A stretch of DNA of 64,000 bases from Myxococcales bacterium (GTDB lineage Bacteria > Myxococcota_A > UBA9042 > JABWCM01 > BTVJ01): assembly GCA_045863395.1 (NCBI GenBank), contig BTVJ01000029.1, positions 1-64,000 on the forward strand. Reading direction: 5' to 3'. This document shows, one piece after another, positions 37,801 through 45,591 of this stretch. The notes beneath the pieces are model-generated. The model was not told the DNA's origin and made no database searches. It was given only the letters and a program-made list of their open reading frames with translations. The translations under genes were made by a program, and so were the position numbers. The first letter of the stretch is position 1, and the number at the start of each line of letters is the position of its first letter.

Positions 37801-39999
37801 GCGGGCGCGGCGCTCCAGGATCCCGGCGAGCTCCTCCCAGCGCTCACCGGCCTCGTACAAGGTCGTCAGGGCCGACAGCGCCCGCTCGTTGTCCGGCTCC
37901 TCCGCCAGCACCTGCTCCCAGCAGCGGATGGCGGATTCCGGGTCCCCCATGCGGTCCCGGGCGAGGACCGCCAGCTCGACCAGGGCGGCGACGCGCTCCC
38001 GCCCGCGCAGCAGGTCCACCTCGCGGCCAAGCATGGCCACGAGCCCGCTGATGTCCTGCTGCGCCCGGTACACGCTCTTGAGGGATCGGATGGCGTCCAG
38101 GTCGTCGGGCGCCACCGCCAGCACGCCGAGCAGGTGGGGGACGGCGTCCACGGGACGCCCCAGGCGGCGCACGTACAGCGCGGCGAGGCGGCGCCGCGCG
38201 GCGAGGGCGTCGGCCGCCTCCGAGCTCCCCTCGATGCGCCGCTCCAGAGCGTCCGCCAGCTCGGTCCAACGGCCCGCGGCCTCCGCGCGGGCAGCGATCT
38301 CGTCGAGGAGGTCGAGCCTCGACGGCGTGATGGCGAGGACCCTCCAGAGGGTCTTGACCACCATCTCGTCCACCGGGAGGCGGGCTGGGTCACGGTAGAC
38401 GCCGGCGATCTCCTCGAGCAGGCGGACCTGCGTGTCGGGGTCGGCGCTCGCGATCCGCTCCTCGAGCAGCTCCAGCAGTGCGTGCCAGCGGCCCGCGCGT
38501 GCGAGGAGGGCCGTGAGCGTCGCCGCCACGTCCGCGGTGGGCTCCAGGGCGTACACGGCCCGCCACGCGTCGATGGCCTTGTCCGTCCCTTGGAGGTGCT
38601 CCTCCGCGAGGCGCGCTGCGCGGTGCGACAGCGCGAGCCTCTCTGCGGGCGTGTCCGCCAGCGCCGCGCGCTGCTCCACGGTGGCGACGGCGCGGCGCCA
38701 GTCCTGCCTCCGGGTGTACCAGTCGTCGTAGAATGCGAGGGCCACGGCGCTCTGGGCGTCGTTGCCGCGGATGCGCCGGAAGAGCCTCTCGGCCCCCTCG
38801 TGATCACCCAGGCGCAGCCATAGGACGCTCGCCATCTCCAGTTGGAGGGCGTGGTCCTCACGGCGACCCCGGGTGAGCGCCCGCTGGCGCTCCAGCGCGT
38901 CGACCAGGGCGCGCCAGTCCCCCTCGGCGCGAGCGACGGCGGCGAGTCCGGAGAGGGCCTCGGGGTCCGCCGGCTCGATGGCCAGCGCTGCACGCAGGTG
39001 CTCCCCCGCCTCACCCGGGCTGCCGGCCTGGAGCGCCAGGAGCCCGAGCCCCCGGTGCGCGCGCAGCAGCAGCGCGTCCTCCTCGGTGACCCGTAGGACG
39101 CCCTCCCAGACGCGGGCGAGGTCGTCGACGGCGTCGGCGCCGCGAAGCTCCCGCTCCAGGGCGTCCAGTGCCTCGACCGCCGCCGGCCCCGACGCGTCCT
39201 GGGCGATGGCCCCCTCCCAGGCGGCGCAGGCCTCCGCGCGCTCGTCGCGGCCAGGCTCCCCCCGCAGCAGCTCCGAGGCGAGCCGCACCAGGGCGCGCGC
39301 GCGGTCCGCCCCGAGCCTCGCGGCCTCCACCGCCTGGCGCAGCCCCTCGACGCGCCGCCGCCGCGCCGCGCTCAGGTCGCCGAGGCGCCCCTGCAGGGCC
39401 GCCGGTGCGTCGCCGGTCGCTCCCACCTCCTCGAGGAGCGCAGCAGCACGCCCCAGCGCCTCGTCGTCGATGGCCATGCCCGCGAGCCGCAGGAGCACCG
39501 CCCTCCGGTCCTCGGGCGTCGGCGCCACCTCCAGGCGGGCCTCGAGGAGCTCCCGGGCGAACGTGCGATCACCGATGCCCTCGACCAGCGCCAGCGCCTG
39601 ATCGAGCGCGCGCGGCTCCGGCACCGCGTGGAAGGCCTCGAGGTACCGGGCGGTCGCCTCCACGGGCCGGTTCAGGGGACCGGAGAGCAGGTCCCCGCAG
39701 CGGAGCAGCAGCGCGCTGGCAGTGGCAGGATCGCCGGACGCTCCGGCGTGGGACGCGAGCACGCGGGCGACGCGCTCCTGGAGCAGGGCGCGAGCCCCCT
39801 CGCCTGCGCCGCGGGCCAGCTCCTCGAAGACTCCGTAGAGCTGGTCCCAGTCGCCTCTCTGCCGGAGGGCCGCCTCGACCCGGTCGAGCCCCTCCAGGAC
39901 CTGCGCCCCCCCCGGATCCGCGCGGAGCGACCGGATCAGGTCCGCCAGATCGGGCAGGCCGTTGTGCTCGGACACGGGCACGCCAAGGGAGCCGCTCAT
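28810..39999 (-). CDS. Giant TPR-repeat protein (3729 aa), AgmK-like
   Basis: Dozens of A...Y..VL..DP....AL..LE.LY.....W..L repeats; size and style of myxobacterial AgmK; GGAGGAG/GAGG RBS. Confidence 0.9.
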   Translation of the reverse strand: MSGSLGVPVSEHNGLPDLADLIRSLRADPGGAQVLEGLDRVEAALRQRGDWDQLYGVFEELARGAGEGARALLQERVARVLASHAGASGDPATASALLLRCGDLLSGPLNRPVEATARYLEAFHAVPEPRALDQALALVEGIGDRTFARELLEARLEVAPTPEDRRAVLLRLAGMAIDDEALGRAAALLEEVGATGDAPAALQGRLGDLSAARRRRVEGLRQAVEAARLGADRARALVRLASELLRGEPGRDERAEACAAWEGAIAQDASGPAAVEALDALERELRGADAVDDLARVWEGVLRVTEEDALLLRAHRGLGLLALQAGSPGEAGEHLRAALAIEPADPEALSGLAAVARAEGDWRALVDALERQRALTRGRREDHALQLEMASVLWLRLGDHEGAERLFRRIRGNDAQSAVALAFYDDWYTRRQDWRRAVATVEQRAALADTPAERLALSHRAARLAEEHLQGTDKAIDAWRAVYALEPTADVAATLTALLARAGRWHALLELLEERIASADPDTQVRLLEEIAGVYRDPARLPVDEMVVKTLWRVLAITPSRLDLLDEIAARAEAAGRWTELADALERRIEGSSEAADALAARRRLAALYVRRLGRPVDAVPHLLGVLAVAPDDLDAIRSLKSVYRAQQDISGLVAMLGREVDLLRGRERVAALVELAVLARDRMGDPESAIRCWEQVLAEEPDNERALSALTTLYEAGERWEELAGILERRARTAPTRQRRAALWEEVARLRKERLGDEGGVARAQEALAESRPASADLRAGLQALSLDDRSWAELRDEHAARGDWRGWATVIEKAAAHLGDAEDRVDMLVELARLYDDQLHDPRRSLMRWEGVLAAAPDHVQAARALSRRYEERKAWRKLAEVQAVIATHADDPTEARGAMERLVELHGARLGEPDIAFAWAVRAVLAAAREGGAGDLFRLVSLAEEADRFEDLAAACHQAAELLGDQDGARLQVVLLHARVLRERMQRPEEAAVLYEQALAIDATSDEALSGLEEIAIRSSDWGRLESTLWLRVHAAEGRPDSRTWLLRLGELYEDFLDRPDRALEVYQRLRALDPADRAALEGARRMLERQGRGAELAELLAAAVAVELDLGHRHELLVELGRLHGDHLGSAERALSLWARVLEEAPGHVDARAAVAGLVARGVRQREAATVLEAAARRTGDAAALLAALETRATLEEHPDVRLDVLAELARLHEADAPGRAFDLHREVFLHRPESSDVWGGLTRAAEAADLWAPLAALYAAATGVGVADASLARPLEDQPARLELLRRQADILDRRLGDAHGAIACYEEVLGHTPSDPELLLALARLYRQTGDHECLLLVLRKQAEIEPERRRRKALLRSAAAVAESELQQPAEATALLQAALALDGGDDDIVGELLRLARAAEDWDAVAGLLRHRIAHAAVVDTVGLHLELAGVLLEHLSDVERAVLALRAATAAVPGAAAPRDALLAMAQDPALPDRPRSVPLVVAALRPLLEADAEELVLLEELRVEAALDGGEATLDEAIQGLRDIAALHRSRLGDEAQARAALERALALRPGDPATLGALIGLAADSGGWAELMDTLAPEAWDEALRALPADPASRGRTWDSLEALEAVATDAARWELAAAALRRKAELADPEQERVVLYALAGIYEDRLGKLDLALTVVDRVLGAHPGDDSSLRARGRLLESLGRWEDLGAHLRDQIGAQPAGSFRDGLILSLARLQEDQLDDVTAALEGYREVAGQSSAPAGDAVRELWRLVNRDDVGWEASEALLEALEQRGDAEGLIELETVRGERFPEQADAVAGLRHAAHLAATRLGDPERAFELLALAFARQPGDDALWAELCAVAVAPSAGPRLLDLVAEARDRLDDAGQRAALAWQAARHVRDVLADGQTAAALLWLVVEDEPGNLAALEQLEDLHAGMDDWEKVLQVLERVVDATDDPAQRVAVLHQMGSLLQGALDRELEALELYERILQLDPSETDAYAQMEAIFARSEQWDDVARVLVRALDAVEPDPERQEEALRLKRRICEVLWEKRGEVDLALGFAGELVSQDPADPAAERVLRAMWAAGVEPERVGELLLAAHEGAGRWSEAVALLRERAEETADPGALDRVAAIQRDRLHDADGWFQAARDAARLAPTPARLDELERAARRRDAWSDLDKLYSAMLQEVASEELKLSIGLRLAELRERHLDDPAAAARAYLDVLGRNERDVQAALSLERLYRRLERWEDLVELFERMALISEAVGERVALYMKAVNLWDEFLGRPERAADDLRRVLEIDPGNKEARTRLERSLLRSADYVDLGDCYRAWIDAEPDPVAATETRFKLAFLLAEHLDDLAEALEQVRLLFESAPGYAAAVRWLESLLDRLPEGVDSQRPTVATLLEEQYGEETPWQRWARVIEAQLAHTDDSESRALLLLRLGELLRDRADDPESALQRMGEALALIPGDEGLEDEVAALATRSGLAAQLRDLWRGLADRVGDSDLQDRYLLRAAELSEELGDAAWALPLWGRLAERHPEHPRAQQALEAQLDLEGDDEALAGLLERRIEREQDPTALGDLHRRAAELRQSTGRSDLAADHLRALLALNPADLDASERLEAIASDEKDWVGLVAIYKDRLEHLEAPERRVEVLSRLAQIFERYLGRIDEAVGCYRAIFDLNPNNLYAVTSLERLYPVVEGWHELLDVLLVKRELFASPRDKIGINHAIGRLWQDHLGSPEKALDFYRVVVEWEPDHAPTLEALEDLVRDGDFHASLVIEPLYEGAQEWRKLVRLYAMQLPHFAEADERAALHVRAAEVWEHRLTEPDQAIISLAHALREDTASADVRAALCGVAERHGRWRTLVERVGELLDEAPELDPGRDATLWLARLAEQRAGDREEAIRRYRRVLDADELHPEAHAALERLLVAEERWSDLVDLLARRVAAAGASERQALRLGIAEVLLDRLRDADASLALLTELLSEDATRDKALQMLERLAGRHPEMREDVLAVLEPVYRRTERWDHMGKLLDLCIQATRDPVRRGELGEALGALTRDRLGRPEAAFDVWRRALVDDPNRAPSLLPVLSELAASLDRWGAFADALDQAVDAPQLMDVRLQHTLLLRSGEVRLERLGDVLGAERRLRHALELDPQSAAVLEALERLYEGAGRHADLVEICERRAELPLSFDEQRRLYGKLATAARALRDTDKAVSAYRRVLDLDGADAEALRMLELLYESSGDWASLATVLEREASVPGRPAGELVELRLRLARLREDRLHDPEGAMEAWEEVSELQPGNTDALGALERLYSSAELWEPLRAVLERKAQAATTDKARMGVWHALARLHERQLGDVEGAIEYNQRVFDLDRGSADAINELVRLYHKHARWRELAELYEAKIALTVRGPERNSLLVKSAELWERHLDEPDKAMDNLQEVLEHEPEHIYALRVLARLKERHGDWVDALEILEQLLPQLDDPDERLDVLVKIGRLQAEQGDDEEAALAAYTEVIALDPNHRGANEALRSLYARREKWTELVEVIQRQLQWAQTDKDKAALYREQALIWRDRFGRKDLFLKNIEKAYELRRDDPETVKAMLAFYEQVQDWEQVAPLLEWFVGYLEQRRLHQHVPKYAHQLGLVQEKLGLRDKALQSYARAYKQDATYFPNLLSYGRLLIRLGLFDQALVIYQAMQLQQHDAADDVKVEIFFNLGQICLKLGDTTKAKHYLQRLQRIDRNHAPTIAILERLEREG

Positions 40000-40109
40000 G
40001 GACCTCGTCTCTCCTCCGCCACCGCGGAGATCGGGGGTGCAGCGCGTGATCCTAGCCGAAGTGCCGTTTCCTGGCTACCCGCGTGGTGTTACCAGCCCGC
40101 CCGGTGGGC

Positions 40110-41639
40110 TCAGGAGTCCAGCAGGCCCTTCAGGTGCCGCTGGTCGTGAGCCGCCCGCATGGCCACCTCCCGTGAGATCCGCCCGGCACGGACCAGGTCC
40201 GCCAGGGAGCGGTCCATGGGCACCATCCCCTCCTCGCGGCCGGTCTGGATCTGGGAGTTGATCTGGTGGTTCTTGTGCTCACGAATCAGGTTTGCGATCG
40301 CGTAGTTGACCTTCAGGATCTCAATCGCCGGCACACGCTTCCGGGGCGTGGAGCTCGGCAGCAGACGCTGGGTGACGACCCCTCGCAGGACGTCGGCGAG
40401 CTGGGTGCGGATCTGGGACTGCTGGTACTCCGGGAACACGTCCACGATGCGATCGATGGCCATGGTCGCGCTGCCGCTGTGGAGCGTGGAGAGCACCAGG
40501 TGGCCGGTCTCTGCGGCGGTGATGGCGGCCGAGATGGTGTCCAGGTCCCGCATCTCGCCGACCAGGATCACGTCCGGGCTCTCCCGCAGCGCGGAGCGGA
40601 GCCCGGTGGCGAAGGAGTCGACGTGGATCCCCACCTCCCGCTGATGGACCACGCTGCGCTTGCGCTTGTAGAGGTACTCGATGGGGTCCTCGAGCGTGAT
40701 GATGTGCCGCGCCCGCGTCCTGTTGATGTGCTCGATGAGCACGGCGAGGGTCGTCGACTTGCCGCTCCCCGTGGGGCCCGTCAGCAAGACGAGTCCATGG
40801 GGCAGCTCCGCCAGCTCCCGGATGGACTCGGGCAGGTTGAGCTGCTCCAGGGTGGGCACGTCGTCCCAGATGGGGCGGAAGGCCGCAGCGAGCCCGCCTA
40901 TCTGCCGGAACACGTTCACCCGGAACCGGCGCCCGCGCTCACTGCCCGGCTCCCGCAGCTCATAGGCCAGATCCACGTTGCCGGTGCGCTCGAGCTCCGC
41001 CCTGCGCGGCGCCGTGAGGACCGAGGCAAGAGAGCCGAGGATCTGCTCGTCCGTGAACCGGGTGCCAGGGATCTCCGTAACCTCTCCGGTCATGCGCATG
41101 GCGGCGTTGTAGCCGGTGGACACGATTAGATCGGAGGCGTGCTCCAGGACCACCCGCCACAGGAGCTCCTCGAGCGCGGTCGAGGCGATTGGCTCAATCG
41201 GTGCGAGCCGGTCCCCGCAGAGAGGCACCGGTCGCTCAGCCTCGGCGGCCGCCACCGGGCGCTCGCCCATCGGGGCGAGGGCACCCGCCGGAGGGGTCGC
41301 GGGCTCCCCGCTGGGGCTGGGCTCGACCGGCGCGCCGTTGCCTGGCCGGAAGGACACGCTCAGCCCCTCGCCGGCGGTCTGGGCGGCGACCTGGAACAGC
41401 CCGGCGCGCTCCGAGCGGTAGACCGACCGTAGGACACCCGCACCGCGCAGCTCCTCCATGGCCTCGTCGCCGACCACCTCCGCCAGGAACTTGGCGATCA
41501 GGTCAGAGCCCAGAGGGGGCATGGACAGCGCCCGCGCCGCGCCGCCGAAGATGAGCGCGGGCGGCCGCTGGGGCTCCAGGCGGAGGCCGTCGGCGCGCTG
41601 GGAGTCGATGAACTTGAGCAGGGCGTCTACAGCGGCCAT
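40110..41639 (-). CDS. pilT: PilT/PilU-family type IV pilus ATPase with an extra degenerate N-terminal domain
   Basis: RFRVNVFRQ, TGPTGSGKSTT, TLEDPIE, ALRESPDVILVGEMRD, AETGHLVLSTLH, AIANLIRE. Confidence 0.92.
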   Translation of the reverse strand: MAAVDALLKFIDSQRADGLRLEPQRPPALIFGGAARALSMPPLGSDLIAKFLAEVVGDEAMEELRGAGVLRSVYRSERAGLFQVAAQTAGEGLSVSFRPGNGAPVEPSPSGEPATPPAGALAPMGERPVAAAEAERPVPLCGDRLAPIEPIASTALEELLWRVVLEHASDLIVSTGYNAAMRMTGEVTEIPGTRFTDEQILGSLASVLTAPRRAELERTGNVDLAYELREPGSERGRRFRVNVFRQIGGLAAAFRPIWDDVPTLEQLNLPESIRELAELPHGLVLLTGPTGSGKSTTLAVLIEHINRTRARHIITLEDPIEYLYKRKRSVVHQREVGIHVDSFATGLRSALRESPDVILVGEMRDLDTISAAITAAETGHLVLSTLHSGSATMAIDRIVDVFPEYQQSQIRTQLADVLRGVVTQRLLPSSTPRKRVPAIEILKVNYAIANLIREHKNHQINSQIQTGREEGMVPMDRSLADLVRAGRISREVAMRAAHDQRHLKGLLDS

Positions 41640-41681
41640 GATCTCCCTGGGGACTGGTTCAGAACACGGCAGGGTGGTGGC

Positions 41682-42632
41682 ATGAGCAGGGATACTACAC
41701 CAACCATCGCCCGGGCGCTCCTCGCGTTGCTGGTGGGGCTTGGGAGCTGCGCGACGGGCAGACCGGAGCGCGCAGCCTATGACGCGCTCGTCCCGGCCTT
41801 CGCGGACGGCCAGCGCATCGTGGACGTGGCGACCGGCCGACCCCTCGCCGCCGAGGAGGCCGTCTCTCGCCTCCTCGAGGCGCGCGTGATCTACATCGGG
41901 GAGGAGGCGCCCATTCCCTGGCACCGGGAGGTGGCGGCGCAGATCGTGGGGGAGCTTGCCGCGCGGGACCCCGGCCTGCGGGTCGCCCTCGCGGCGGTCC
42001 CGGCGAGCGCGCAGCGGCTGCTCGACGGGTGGCTGGACGGTGCCGTGGACGACGCGACGCTGTCCATCGCAATACGGGGCTCTGGTTCCGAAATCGATGT
42101 CTTTGCGGGGTTGCAGCCTGTCTTGTCGCTGTGCAGGCGCGCGAAGGTCCCCATCCTCGCGGTGGGGCCCGATCCCGCCCTCGTGGATGCTGCGCTCCGC
42201 GGCGATGGAGCGCCACCGGAGCGCCCTGATGAGTGGGCCGACCTCGTCCGTCACCGGGTGGAGGCCCACGGCCAGGCATCGGGTCCGGCCGCGGAGCGTC
42301 AGGTGGCCGCCTGGGCCGTGCGCGCGGCCGCGGTCCAGAGCCACGTGGCGGGGGCGACGGGGCGCCTCGTGGTGTTGGCAGAGCACGTCCTCGTCGACCG
42401 GGGCCTCGGCGTCCCCCTCCCCGTCTTCGCGGCCAACCGCGCGTCGTTCCGGGTCGTGCTCCCCGTGACCCGGGGCCACCTGCGCCGCCACGACGGGTCG
42501 CTGGGGCGCCTCGCGTTTCCGGACAAGCGCGCGGATCTGCTGTGGGAGTCGCCGACGGACCCCCACCGGCGCGGTGGACCCGCCCCGGATGAGGCCAACC
42601 GTGGCGTCCTTCGCCGTCGATTGAATTCCTGA
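41682..42632 (+). CDS. ChaN/EreA-like lipoprotein (divergent)
   Basis: Lipobox LGSC; ARVIYIGE..PWH, QRLLDGWLDG, LVVLAEHVL..GLGVP. Confidence 0.65.
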   Translation: MSRDTTPTIARALLALLVGLGSCATGRPERAAYDALVPAFADGQRIVDVATGRPLAAEEAVSRLLEARVIYIGEEAPIPWHREVAAQIVGELAARDPGLRVALAAVPASAQRLLDGWLDGAVDDATLSIAIRGSGSEIDVFAGLQPVLSLCRRAKVPILAVGPDPALVDAALRGDGAPPERPDEWADLVRHRVEAHGQASGPAAERQVAAWAVRAAAVQSHVAGATGRLVVLAEHVLVDRGLGVPLPVFAANRASFRVVLPVTRGHLRRHDGSLGRLAFPDKRADLLWESPTDPHRRGGPAPDEANRGVLRRRLNS

Positions 42633-42648
42633 CGCACAAGGCTACAAT
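42621..42648 (+). promoter_or_regulatory. Putative sigma70 promoter
   Basis: TTGAAT-16 nt-TACAAT upstream of the response regulator. Confidence 0.55.
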
Positions 42649-42686
42649 GGCCGACCGGTTCCACGCCCGGTAACAGGAGGAGCTCC

Positions 42687-43136
42687 ATGACGGCCCTGTC
42701 GATCCACCCCATCCCGATCCTGCTGGTCGAGGACAACCCCCAAGACGTCGAGCTCACGCGCATCGCTCTGCAGCAGGGGAGGATCCTGAACCCCGTGTTC
42801 GTGGTCCGAGACGGCCAGGAGGCGCTGGACTTCCTGAGGCACGAGGGCGAGTACACCGACGCGCCGCGGGCCCCCCGACCCGGCCTGATCCTCCTGGACA
42901 TCAACCTCCCACGGCTCAACGGCCACGAGGTGCTGCGCACGCTCAAGACCGACGAGAGCCTGCGCGACATCCCGGTCATCATGCTCACCGTCAGCCAGCG
43001 CGACGAGGACATCATCAAGAGCTACCAGTGGGGCGGCAGCGTCTACATCCAGAAGCCCGTCGACTTCCGCAACCTCCTCGACATCATCACCGGCCTCAGC
43101 GGGTACGGCATCTATATCACTGACAGCCGGGCCTGA
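42687..43136 (+). CDS. Single-domain response regulator (Rcp1-like)
   Basis: ILLVEDN, LILLDINLP, IMLTVS, YIQKPVD; AGGAGG RBS. Confidence 0.93.
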   Translation: MTALSIHPIPILLVEDNPQDVELTRIALQQGRILNPVFVVRDGQEALDFLRHEGEYTDAPRAPRPGLILLDINLPRLNGHEVLRTLKTDESLRDIPVIMLTVSQRDEDIIKSYQWGGSVYIQKPVDFRNLLDIITGLSGYGIYITDSRA

Positions 43137-43139
43137 CAG

Positions 43140-44273
43140 GTGTGCGAGGCGGCACTGCGGAGCACCCTGGCGCTGCTCGCCCTGGTGGCCGGGTGCCGCG
43201 GCGGGACGGCGCACGGGCGCGAGGACTCGCCTGTGGTCGAGGCCGTGAGACCGGCCGCGCGGGCCGCGTTGCCAGGCGCGCAGCGAGCCGCGCCGTCGGA
43301 CGCGGCGCAGGGGGGACCGCCAGGCGCGGGGGCGCCGGCCGAGGCTCCGGCTCCGGTGACCTCCCCCGATCTCGAGGCGCCCAAGGACGCAGCCGAGATC
43401 GAGCAGCCTGCGTTGGTCCTCGCCCTGGCCGGCTCCGACGCAGACGTACGGCGCACCGCGGCGGAGGCCCTCGCGCGCCTGGGAACCCCAGCGGCGGCAG
43501 CGGCGCTGGCGCCCCACGCCGTCCCGGGAGACCCCCTCGAGGCCGTGGCCGTCGCCGGCCTGGGGTGGGCCGGCGGGCACGCCGACCGCCTGCTGGCCGC
43601 GCTCCGCTCCGCGGACGCGGAGGCCCGCAACGCCGCAGCCGTCGCGGTGGGAGCGGCGGCGACGGCCCACTGGGACCGCCCGCTGGCCTTCGCGCTCCAG
43701 GTGGACCGGCCCGAGGTGAAGGTCGCGGCGCTCGTGGCCATCGGCCTCGCGGGGCGCACCACGCTGCTGCCCGACGTGGCGCGGCTGAGCCGCGACCCTG
43801 ATCCCGCCGTGCGCGAGGCGGCCTTCGACGCCCTCCGGCGCCTGCCGCTGCGCGGCGCGGCCCTCCTGCTGGCGGAGGCCGGTCAGCCTCCTGCGCCGCC
43901 GCCCGCCGAGGGCGAGGCCCCACCCCCGTGCCCCCCCATGCCCTCGGACTCCGCCGCGCTGGAGGCCCTCCTGGCCAACCCGTCGGCGCCCATCGTCGAG
44001 CGCGCGCTCGCGGCGGTCGCGTTGGGCCGCCAGGGCCGGACGGCCCCGCTCTCCGTCGCGGGAGCCGCGTGGCCGCGCCTCGTCCGAGCAGCGGCGCTCC
44101 TCGCCCGCCACGGCGCCGGCGACCTGATCCCCCCCGAGGACGTGGCGCTCGAGCGCCGCGCCCTGGAGGTCGGCCGGCTGGCGCATTCCGCCCTCGCGCA
44201 CCCACTCGACGCCTGCCTCCGCTTCGGAGACCGAGGCGCCCCCCCGGGTGCCGTCCCCAAGGAGGAGCCATGA
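43140..44273 (+). CDS. HEAT-repeat lipoprotein
   Basis: Lipobox VAGC; DADVRRTAAEALARLG, DPDPAVREAAFDAL. Confidence 0.7.
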   Translation: MCEAALRSTLALLALVAGCRGGTAHGREDSPVVEAVRPAARAALPGAQRAAPSDAAQGGPPGAGAPAEAPAPVTSPDLEAPKDAAEIEQPALVLALAGSDADVRRTAAEALARLGTPAAAAALAPHAVPGDPLEAVAVAGLGWAGGHADRLLAALRSADAEARNAAAVAVGAAATAHWDRPLAFALQVDRPEVKVAALVAIGLAGRTTLLPDVARLSRDPDPAVREAAFDALRRLPLRGAALLLAEAGQPPAPPPAEGEAPPPCPPMPSDSAALEALLANPSAPIVERALAAVALGRQGRTAPLSVAGAAWPRLVRAAALLARHGAGDLIPPEDVALERRALEVGRLAHSALAHPLDACLRFGDRGAPPGAVPKEEP

Positions 44274-45559
44274 GCGGCAGAGCGCTCGTCCTGGCAGCGG
44301 TCCTCGCCATCGCCTCCCCCGCGGCGGCGCAGATCCCTAACTCCAGCATGCACGTAGGCCTGTTCGGCGGCTACCACCTGATCAGCAGCGACGCGGACCT
44401 CCGCGTCGGCCTGGATGGGACCCTGACCGGCGGCGGCGACTTCGGCGCCCGCATCGGCTTCAACTTCAACTGGCTGGTGGGCGCGGAGCTCCAGGTCGAG
44501 GACGCGGTGGGGTCGAGCTCCCTGGGCGGCTCAGTCCATGCCCTGAACTTCCGGGCCCTGCTCACCTTCCACTGGCTCCAGCACAGCCGCGTCGCCCTCC
44601 CCTTCGCCGTGGCCGGCGGCGGCCTCTACTCGTCCTACAGCGACACCCTCGGCGACGACATCGACTACCTGATCACCTACGGCGTCGGCCTCAAGCTGCT
44701 GCTCGCGGAGTGGGTCGCCTTCCGGCTCCAGGTGGACCACGTGATCCTCGGCGACGGCATCGAGGGCTCGGTTGCTCACAACTTCGACTTCACGGGGGGC
44801 TTCGACTTCATCGTGCTGTTCACGACCCCGGAGGTCCCTCCCCCGCCCCCGCCGCCCGACCGGGACCAGGACGGCACACCCGACGACCAGGACCGCTGCC
44901 CCTACGAGGCCGGGGCCCCCGCCCTGCGCGGCTGCCCCGACACGGACGGCGACGGCATCCCCGACATCGACGACCAGTGCGTGACGGAGAAGGGCCCGGC
45001 CCTGCACGCGGGCTGCCCGGACACCGACGGCGACGGCCTCCCCGACAAGATCGACCTCTGCCCCAAGGAGCCCGGCGGCGCCCTGGTGGGCGGCTGCCCC
45101 GACACGGACGGTGACGGCATCCCCGACAACCGGGACAAGTGCCCCCTCAAGGCGGGAGTCCCCGAGGAGGAGGGCTGCCCGGCGCCGGAACCCAAGCCGG
45201 CGCTCGACCGGTTCACGGGCGTCATGCGGGGCATCACCTTCGACACGGGGAAGGCGACCATCCGGGCGTCCAGCTTCGGCGTCCTCGAAGAAGCCTACGC
45301 CGCGCTCCAGGCCTACCCGCAGGTGCGCCTGATCGTCGAGGGGCACACCGACTCGGTGGGCAGCGACTCCCGCAACCTGACCCTCAGCCAGGCCCGCGCC
45401 GAGGCGGTCCGGGTGTGGTTCATCCAGCGCGGGATCGCGCCGGACCGCCTGACGGCCCTGGGATACGGAGAGTCCCAGCCCATGGCCGACAATGGGACCA
45501 CCTGGGGCCGCGCCGAGAACCGGCGCATCGAGTTTCGCATCATCCAGCCCGCCCAGTGA
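44270..45559 (+). CDS. OmpA-family protein: OM beta-barrel, TSP3-like repeats, peptidoglycan-binding domain
   Basis: Signal peptide; GCPDTDGDGIPD repeats; ITFDTGKA, EGHTDS, LSQARA, GYGESQP, NRRIEF. Confidence 0.93.
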   Translation: MSGRALVLAAVLAIASPAAAQIPNSSMHVGLFGGYHLISSDADLRVGLDGTLTGGGDFGARIGFNFNWLVGAELQVEDAVGSSSLGGSVHALNFRALLTFHWLQHSRVALPFAVAGGGLYSSYSDTLGDDIDYLITYGVGLKLLLAEWVAFRLQVDHVILGDGIEGSVAHNFDFTGGFDFIVLFTTPEVPPPPPPPDRDQDGTPDDQDRCPYEAGAPALRGCPDTDGDGIPDIDDQCVTEKGPALHAGCPDTDGDGLPDKIDLCPKEPGGALVGGCPDTDGDGIPDNRDKCPLKAGVPEEEGCPAPEPKPALDRFTGVMRGITFDTGKATIRASSFGVLEEAYAALQAYPQVRLIVEGHTDSVGSDSRNLTLSQARAEAVRVWFIQRGIAPDRLTALGYGESQPMADNGTTWGRAENRRIEFRIIQPAQ

Positions 45560-45591
45560 CCCGCCCAGCGCGTCCGACCCGGAGGTCCCCC

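Noticed and set aside
28792..38823. Long plus-strand ORFs (802, 1223 and 1283 aa) opposite the TPR gene
   Set aside because: Antisense mirror frames typical of high-GC3 genes; no motifs or RBS support.
44860..45180. Regularly spaced repeats as a CRISPR array (also 49650-50400)
   Set aside because: In-frame degenerate protein repeats (TSP3-like and CDDG), not identical repeats with unique spacers.
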